Positions 27,182-32,000 of a stretch of DNA of 32,000 nt are shown here, one piece after another; within the stretch, counting starts at the first letter, position 1, and the number at the start of each line of letters is the position of its first letter. The DNA is taken from assembly GCF_018228765.1 (NCBI RefSeq), contig NZ_CP073695.1:2309218-2341217 (forward strand), written 5' to 3'. The notes under the pieces were generated by a model, which saw only the letters and a list, made by a program, of their open reading frames with translations, did not search any database and was not told the origin of the DNA. This DNA is from Halorubrum ruber (GTDB taxonomy: Archaea > Halobacteriota > Halobacteria > Halobacteriales > Haloferacaceae). A program made the position numbers and the translations under genes.

Positions 27182-27415
27182 ATGACAGAGATTCCGGTGA
27201 AACAACTTAGTGTAGGTATTGGTGGTGTAGCTCTCGTTGCTATGGCCGCGGGGGTTGTTTACCGATGGGCAATCCGCTCCGATCCCGGTGGCCCGTTCTC
27301 TGTTCTCCTTCCGATGGTCGGAACTACTGGTGCTGCCGCGTTGATCCTTCTCGGTGGTGGTTTGCTGGTAGCTATTAGCTGGCTGTTTGACCTGTTCTTC
27401 GATAATAGAATGTAG
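27182..27415 (+). CDS. small membrane protein, hypothetical
   Basis: MTEIPVKQLSVGIGGVALVAMAAGVVYRWAIRSDPGGPFSVLLPMVGTTGAAALILLGGGLLVAISWLFDLFFDNRM; two TM segments. Confidence 0.65.
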   Translation: MTEIPVKQLSVGIGGVALVAMAAGVVYRWAIRSDPGGPFSVLLPMVGTTGAAALILLGGGLLVAISWLFDLFFDNRM

Positions 27416-27457
27416 CCTAGCCAAACCACTATGTAACAATCACTTCTTCTTTTGATT

Positions 27458-27901
27458 ATGACAGACCCTTCAGCGGCTCTCGGGCCACTCTCAAAGTTAG
27501 TGGACGGTGCGTCCGACTACTACGAGTTTTGGAAGGACTACAAGGGCGAGGAAATCCTAATTCGGACACACTCGGTCAACGTCGGCGGAATTGAATCAGG
27601 TGACAGAGGGAAGATCCGGCAGAACAGTCACATTATTCGAGGGACGGTGGCCGACGTTACATCCTTCCCCCCTGGTTTTCTTCTCGAAGATGTAGAGGAA
27701 TACGTGGAATTGAGTGATGTTTCTCTAATGTTCGGAATGGGGTCGCATAAGCCACAAGGGACAGCAGAAGGCGTCAAAGGCAAACAAACGCTCCGCAGGA
27801 TAGAGGAAAAATACGTCTCGTTTAATGCGATAGACGAATTGGAAACCGCCGAAGCCGCTGATTCAGCTACAGAGCCGTTCAGGGAAGACAAAGAGGATTA
27901 G
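27458..27901 (+). CDS. hypothetical protein
   Basis: 147-aa ORF from the ATG at 27458 with acidic haloarchaeal composition; no family recognised. Confidence 0.6.
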   Translation: MTDPSAALGPLSKLVDGASDYYEFWKDYKGEEILIRTHSVNVGGIESGDRGKIRQNSHIIRGTVADVTSFPPGFLLEDVEEYVELSDVSLMFGMGSHKPQGTAEGVKGKQTLRRIEEKYVSFNAIDELETAEAADSATEPFREDKED

Positions 27902-28267
27902 CACTTCAGACTACTCGCATCACGATCGCCGAAGCAAGTGGAGACTCATATTCTTGCTATCGGTATGTTACCCTCGGTGGTGATCTGGCATGAGAAGTGG
28001 TTGATTGGTCGATATTCGAACTCCTATCTGGGCACTTTCAGCCAGATGCCCTTGCCCGCGAACGGAACAGAATAGAATGGTCAGGGAGCGATCCGCCAGC
28101 ACCCCAAGACGGGAACGCACGGGCCTCAACAGCAGCCCTACCGAACACCGGCACCCCCAGAAGCGGGCGAATCTGATTTTCTAGATCTGCCACGATCGTG
28201 TCTGAGAAGGCGCGACGAAGCATTTTGCAATATTTTATGTGGGGTGATCCCACGTCGACAAGTGCAT

Positions 28268-28648
28268 ATGACGAACGAAGACGACCCAGACGGATTCAAA
28301 GAAGACGAGGAGTTTTTTGAGACGCCATCGATGAGGGCGACAATCGAAACCATTCAACTCGGAGAGGGTATCTCACCGACGAGGATTCTAATCGAGATCT
28401 CCCACGAGAATGGGTCGACGAAAGATGCGACCGGTAGTGTTGAGCTTGTCAACCTCTGCCGACACGATGCCAGCGACGAGTATGACGAAGAGACTCGGGA
28501 GCTCGATTATAGTGACTTGGAGAGAGACCTACAGCTGCGAGTCGATGCTCTGATCAATTGGACTCGATTCGACAATTCCACCTCCGAATCCGAGGGCGAG
28601 TCTGACGCAGATGTATTAAAACGATATCACGGTCAGAGGGACAAGTGA
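28268..28648 (+). CDS. hypothetical acidic protein
   Basis: ORF starting MTNEDDPDGFKEDEEFFETP; AT-rich TATA-like sequence (ATTTTATG) about 30 bp upstream. Confidence 0.6.
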   Translation: MTNEDDPDGFKEDEEFFETPSMRATIETIQLGEGISPTRILIEISHENGSTKDATGSVELVNLCRHDASDEYDEETRELDYSDLERDLQLRVDALINWTRFDNSTSESEGESDADVLKRYHGQRDK

Positions 28649-28901
28649 GATAGCTCGCGGGACAAGTGCGGACCGGATGCGGAGCGGCGGACCCCTACGG
28701 GATTGCGTCCTAAGTGCGGAGCGAATCCCTGTGTCGCATAACGCTACGCCGTGGATTACTTTTAAATAAACAGGGTGAGACACCCGCGATACAAGCAAAT
28801 CCGCGAGATACGAAATGGCTATAAGCGAGCGCAAAATATGCGCACACGGCGCGTTAGAGCCCTTGTGGTTGGCAATTAGGTGGCTCTGACCGCAAGAATA
28901 A

Positions 28902-28986
28902 GCGCGGGTTGCCGAGCCAGGCCAAAGGCGTAGCGCTTAGGACGCTATCCCGTAGGGGTCCGCCGGTTCGAATCCGGTCCCGCGCA
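28902..28986 (+). tRNA. tRNA-Leu, anticodon TAG
   Basis: Acceptor GCGCGGG/CCCGCGC plus discriminator A; anticodon stem-loop TAGCG-CTTAGGA-CGCTA; variable arm CCCGTAGGGG; T-arm GGTTCGAATCC; 85 nt, class II. Confidence 0.93.
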
Positions 28987-29051
28987 TACTGCCTCGAACG
29001 AACGTGAGAGGCATGTATGCGCGGATGAGCGAAGGGGCGGGACGGACCCGT

Positions 29052-29954
29052 TCACCACACGCTCCCGCGGTACTCGAGCCGCAGGTGGTCGGCCGTCTCC
29101 GGCGGGATCCCCATCTCCTCGAACATCCGCCGGAACGTCGCACGAACGTCGTCTTCCTCGAAGGATCGGGAAGCGCGCGTCTGGGCGTCGACCTCGACCC
29201 CGCCGTGGTAATCGAGGTGTACGCGGTAGGTGTACCCGTCGGCTTCGTGCGTGACGGTCGCCCGCGAGAGGACGAAGTCGATCCCGCCGAGCCGCTCCTC
29301 GCCCGCGTAGTACTCGCGAGCGTGTTGGCCGGTGCCCGGGAAGGAACGCTCCGTGACCGTCGTCGCGCGGGCGCTCAGCTCGTCGTACGTCGCGCGGAAC
29401 GCGACCGGCTCGTCGATCCGTACCTCCGGGGTGCCCGCTCCGGGCTCGGCGGGGTCAGCGGTGCGGACCTCCGCTCGGAGTTCCTCGACGTATCCCTCCG
29501 CGGTCGGCTCGTCCATCTCGAACAGCAGCGTGAGCCGATCGACGAGCCACGCTTCCGGCGGGAGGTCCTCGACGGTGAACTCGCCGCGGTTGTCGTCCGC
29601 GAAGACGGTCACGACGGTGACGCCCTCGTCCGCGTAGAAGGTGGCCCACAGCCGCTTCGTCTCCGAGTGGTCGAACGTGACCCTGAACGCCTCGTACTCC
29701 GGGCCCAGCTCGGCGTCGAGCTCGTCGATCCCCTCCGGGTGGAAGCCGCTGGACCCGACGCGCTCGACCGCGTACCCTGCCGCGCCGGCTCGGTCGAGCG
29801 TGTCCTCGTACGCGAGGTCCGACACGGTGACGCCGTCCGACGAGTACGACGCCACGTCGGATCCGATCAGGACCCCGCCGAAGACCGCGTACGCGGCGGC
29901 GACGACGATGACGGCCCCGACGATCGCGATCGCGGCCCAGCGGAGTACGTTCAT
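29052..29954 (-). CDS. hypothetical membrane-anchored/secreted protein
   Basis: 300 aa; N-terminal TM WAAIAIVGAVIVVAAAYAVFGGVLI; GC-rich core-like coding region. Confidence 0.8.
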   Translation of the reverse strand: MNVLRWAAIAIVGAVIVVAAAYAVFGGVLIGSDVASYSSDGVTVSDLAYEDTLDRAGAAGYAVERVGSSGFHPEGIDELDAELGPEYEAFRVTFDHSETKRLWATFYADEGVTVVTVFADDNRGEFTVEDLPPEAWLVDRLTLLFEMDEPTAEGYVEELRAEVRTADPAEPGAGTPEVRIDEPVAFRATYDELSARATTVTERSFPGTGQHAREYYAGEERLGGIDFVLSRATVTHEADGYTYRVHLDYHGGVEVDAQTRASRSFEEDDVRATFRRMFEEMGIPPETADHLRLEYRGSVW

Positions 29955-30069
29955 ACGTGTTGATACATCTCAGCCTCGTATAGCCCTGCCGGCGGTTCCC
30001 TCGCGGCGGCGACGGCCGCCGCCGCCGCCGAGTCGCGCTCGCCGAGTGACGCGTTCGAACGGGGTGCGG

Positions 30070-31089
30070 CTACGGCTCGCCCGCCGACACCCGAACCACC
30101 TGCTTGCCGATGTTGTCGCCCGAGAACAGGCCGAGGAAGGCGTCGGGCGCGTTCTCCAAGCCCTCCACGATCGTCTCGCGGTGTCCGAGTTCGCCGCTGG
30201 CGACCCACCGTCCGAGCCGCTCGCTCGCCTCGCCGAACCGGGTGGCGAAGTCGCTGACGAGCAGGCCCTGAACCGTCGCCCGCACCGGAATGAGCCCCGG
30301 GAGCTTCCGCGGGCCGGTCGGGACCTCCTCGTCGTTGTAGTGCGCGATCTGGCCGCAGACCGCGACGCGCGCGTCGAGGTTCAGCTTCGTGAACACGGCG
30401 TCGGTGATCGGCCCCCCGACGTTGTCGAAGTACACGTCGACGCCGTCGGGCGCCGCCTCGGCGAGCGCGGCGCGGTAGTCGTCGGTGGCCTTGTAGTTGA
30501 TCGCGGCGTCGAAGCCGAGGTCGTCGGTGAGCCAGTCGGTCTTCTCGTCGCTGCCGGCGAAGCCGACCACGCGGCAGCCGTTGCGTTTCGCGATCTGGCC
30601 GACGACCGAGCCGACCGCGCCGGCCGCGCCGGAGACGACGACCGTGTCGCCGGGCTTCGGCTCGCCGACTTCGAGGAGGCCGAAGTAGGCGGTCCGCCCG
30701 GGCATGCCGAGGACGCCGAGGTACGCCTCGGGGGCGGCGACGCTCGGGTCGACCGGCGCGACGTCGTCGGCGTCGAGGGTCGCGTAGTCGGCCCACTTGC
30801 CCTCGCCGGTCACGAGGTCGCCCGCGTCGTACGCGTCGCTCTCCGACTCGATCACTTCACCGACGACGCCGCCCTTGAGCGCGTCACCCACGTCCCACGG
30901 TTCCGCGTACGACTCGGCGTCGCGCATCCGGCCGCGCATGTACGGGTCGACCGAGAGGAACCGGGTGCGAACGAGGAGTTCGCCCGGCGCGGGGGCGGGG
31001 ACGTCCGTCTCGCGCAGTTCGAAGCTGTCCAAGTCGGGCTCGCCGGTCGGCCGCTCGGCGAGAAGCCACTCGCGGTTGGTGTTCGTCAC
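30070..31089 (-). CDS. NADP-dependent zinc-independent alcohol dehydrogenase / enone oxidoreductase (MDR family)
   Basis: VRTRFLSVDPYMRGRM; PGRTAYFGLLEVGEPKPGDTVVVSGAAGAVGSVVGQIAKRNGCRVVGFAGSDEK; DVYFDNVGG. Confidence 0.93.
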   Translation of the reverse strand: MTNTNREWLLAERPTGEPDLDSFELRETDVPAPAPGELLVRTRFLSVDPYMRGRMRDAESYAEPWDVGDALKGGVVGEVIESESDAYDAGDLVTGEGKWADYATLDADDVAPVDPSVAAPEAYLGVLGMPGRTAYFGLLEVGEPKPGDTVVVSGAAGAVGSVVGQIAKRNGCRVVGFAGSDEKTDWLTDDLGFDAAINYKATDDYRAALAEAAPDGVDVYFDNVGGPITDAVFTKLNLDARVAVCGQIAHYNDEEVPTGPRKLPGLIPVRATVQGLLVSDFATRFGEASERLGRWVASGELGHRETIVEGLENAPDAFLGLFSGDNIGKQVVRVSAGEP

Positions 31090-31249
31090 GCTCCTCGTTG
31101 GCGGATGGAACGCAATAGGGTTTTGACGCGGGCAGGCGCCGTGGGGATCCGGAACCCGCGGCCCGCGCGGCGACGGCGGCCCCGCGAGGGCTCTCCGTCG
31201 CGCGGCGGGACCGACACGCGACCGCCGGGCCGCCCGCCGACGGAGCGCC

Positions 31250-31450
31250 TCACGCGACGGCGACGCCGTTGCGCGTGAGGTAGTCGCTCGCGGCCTTGAT
31301 CTCGACCGGACTGCCGATGATACGGTACTGTTCGGCCGTCTCGACGACGGTGACGGTGAAGCGGGATTCGAGGCACTCTCGGTGTCCGTCGAGCGCGCGG
31401 CGCGGGAGGACGATCTGCGTGCTGTCTCGGAGGCTCGACGGGTCTGGCAT
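31250..31450 (-). CDS. small conserved haloarchaeal-type hypothetical protein
   Basis: 66 aa from internal Met: MPDPSSLRDSTQIVLPRRALDGHRECLESRFTVTVVETAEQYRIIGSPVEIKAASDYLTRNGVAVA. Confidence 0.6.
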   Translation of the reverse strand: MPDPSSLRDSTQIVLPRRALDGHRECLESRFTVTVVETAEQYRIIGSPVEIKAASDYLTRNGVAVA

Positions 31451-31651
31451 TCGGCGTGGGTTGGGATTATTCGGCGCCGATATAACCGTGTCGAAGTATC
31501 GGCGTTCCAACCACTCCTCCGGCGACGATCCGTCGGTTTGCGGAGGGCAGCCGGGCGGTTCGCGGAGCGTGGGCGGGCGGTTCGGTCCCCGCCGCCGGGC
31601 GGGCGGTTCGAAGGAACACCTTTAACGAGCCGACCGGCCGAGAAACGGGTA

Positions 31652-32000
31652 ATGGGACTGGAGGAGGAGATCGAAGACCTCCGCGAGGAGATCGCCGAGA
31701 CGCCCTACAACAAGTCAACGGAGGCTCACATCGGGCGCCTGAAGGCGAAGCTCGCGGAGAAGAAAGAGAAGCTGGAGAACCAGTCCTCCGCCGGCGGCGG
31801 CCACGGGTACGCGGTCGAGAAGCACGGCGACGCCACGGTCGCGTTGGTCGGGTTCCCGAGCGTCGGCAAGTCCACCCTCATCAACGCCCTCACCAACGCC
31901 GACAGCGAGGTGGGCTCCTACGAGTTCACGACGTTGGACGTCAACCCGGGCATGCTGCAGTACCGCGGCGCGAACATCCAGATCCTCGACGTGCCGGGGC
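31652..32000 (+). CDS. DRG/Obg-family GTP-binding protein, 3' end outside window (partial)
   Basis: MGLEEEIEDLREEIAETPYNKSTEAHIGRLKAKLAEKKEKLEN...ATVALVGFPSVGKSTLINALTNADSEVGSYEFTTLDVNPGMLQYRGANIQILDVPG. Confidence 0.93.
   Translation, partial: MGLEEEIEDLREEIAETPYNKSTEAHIGRLKAKLAEKKEKLENQSSAGGGHGYAVEKHGDATVALVGFPSVGKSTLINALTNADSEVGSYEFTTLDVNPGMLQYRGANIQILDVPG

Noticed and set aside
3388-28204. CACGATCGTGTCTG at 3388-3401 and 28191-28204 as island-flanking direct repeats
   Set aside because: A 14-mer match is expected by chance in 32 kb, and the palindromic core ACACGATCGTGT-like sequence recurs at about 2228 and 9272 inside coding regions.
28902-28986. tRNA-Leu as a classic 3'-end attachment site for the island
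   Set aside because: The accessory DNA lies on the 5' side of the tRNA, and I saw no second copy of GGTTCGAATCCGGTCCCGCGCA in the window.
29004-29963. 319-aa plus-strand ORF
   Set aside because: Shadow of the 29052-29954 minus-strand gene; Arg/Val-rich low-complexity translation in a GC-rich region.
29951-30796. 281-aa minus-strand ORF
   Set aside because: Out-of-frame overlap with the oxidoreductase gene; almost pure Arg-rich translation.
29641-31278. 545-aa plus-strand ORF
   Set aside because: Antisense to the well-supported oxidoreductase and the neighbouring secreted-protein gene. GC-rich DNA creates long spurious ORFs; the translation is low-complexity Arg/Ala-rich with no motifs.
1-32000. 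CRISPR arrays
   Set aside because: No set of regularly spaced identical repeats was seen by eye; no cas-like ORFs.

Overview
Haloarchaeal-type DNA (acidic proteins, TATA boxes about 25 bp upstream of leaderless starts). Left part (1 to about 3.2 kb) is a replication module of plasmid or provirus type: a UvrD-like helicase missing its start, and a PrimPol-like protein. The middle (about 3.6 to 21.5 kb) looks like a defence or DNA-modification island. It holds (i) a Dnd-like set without the sulfur-transfer genes: a 52-aa ORF, a DndD-like SMC ATPase, a protein resembling Dnd-associated protein 4, and a DUF262-DUF1524 (GmrSD/SspE-like) nuclease; (ii) a preQ0 pathway: DUF165 transporter, queD, queE, queC; (iii) a divergently transcribed SF2 helicase; (iv) a tight operon of DUF6884-like protein, TGT/DpdA-like protein, GHKL (MORC-like) ATPase, and a second TGT/DpdA-like protein fused to a DUF5591-like C-terminal domain. 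Main hypothesis: a haloarchaeal 7-deazaguanine DNA modification/restriction system built from two DpdA-like transglycosylases, a GHKL ATPase and Dnd-type restriction parts. The right part (21.5 to 28.8 kb) is accessory: a serine recombinase, an HNH protein, small membrane proteins, PadR and TRAM proteins, and a family of MITE-like repeats, two of which carry a conserved 33-aa hydrophobic ORF. A tRNA-Leu(TAG) at 28902-28986 separates this from GC-rich, core-like sequence. Family names come from recognising motifs by eye; no database searches were run.
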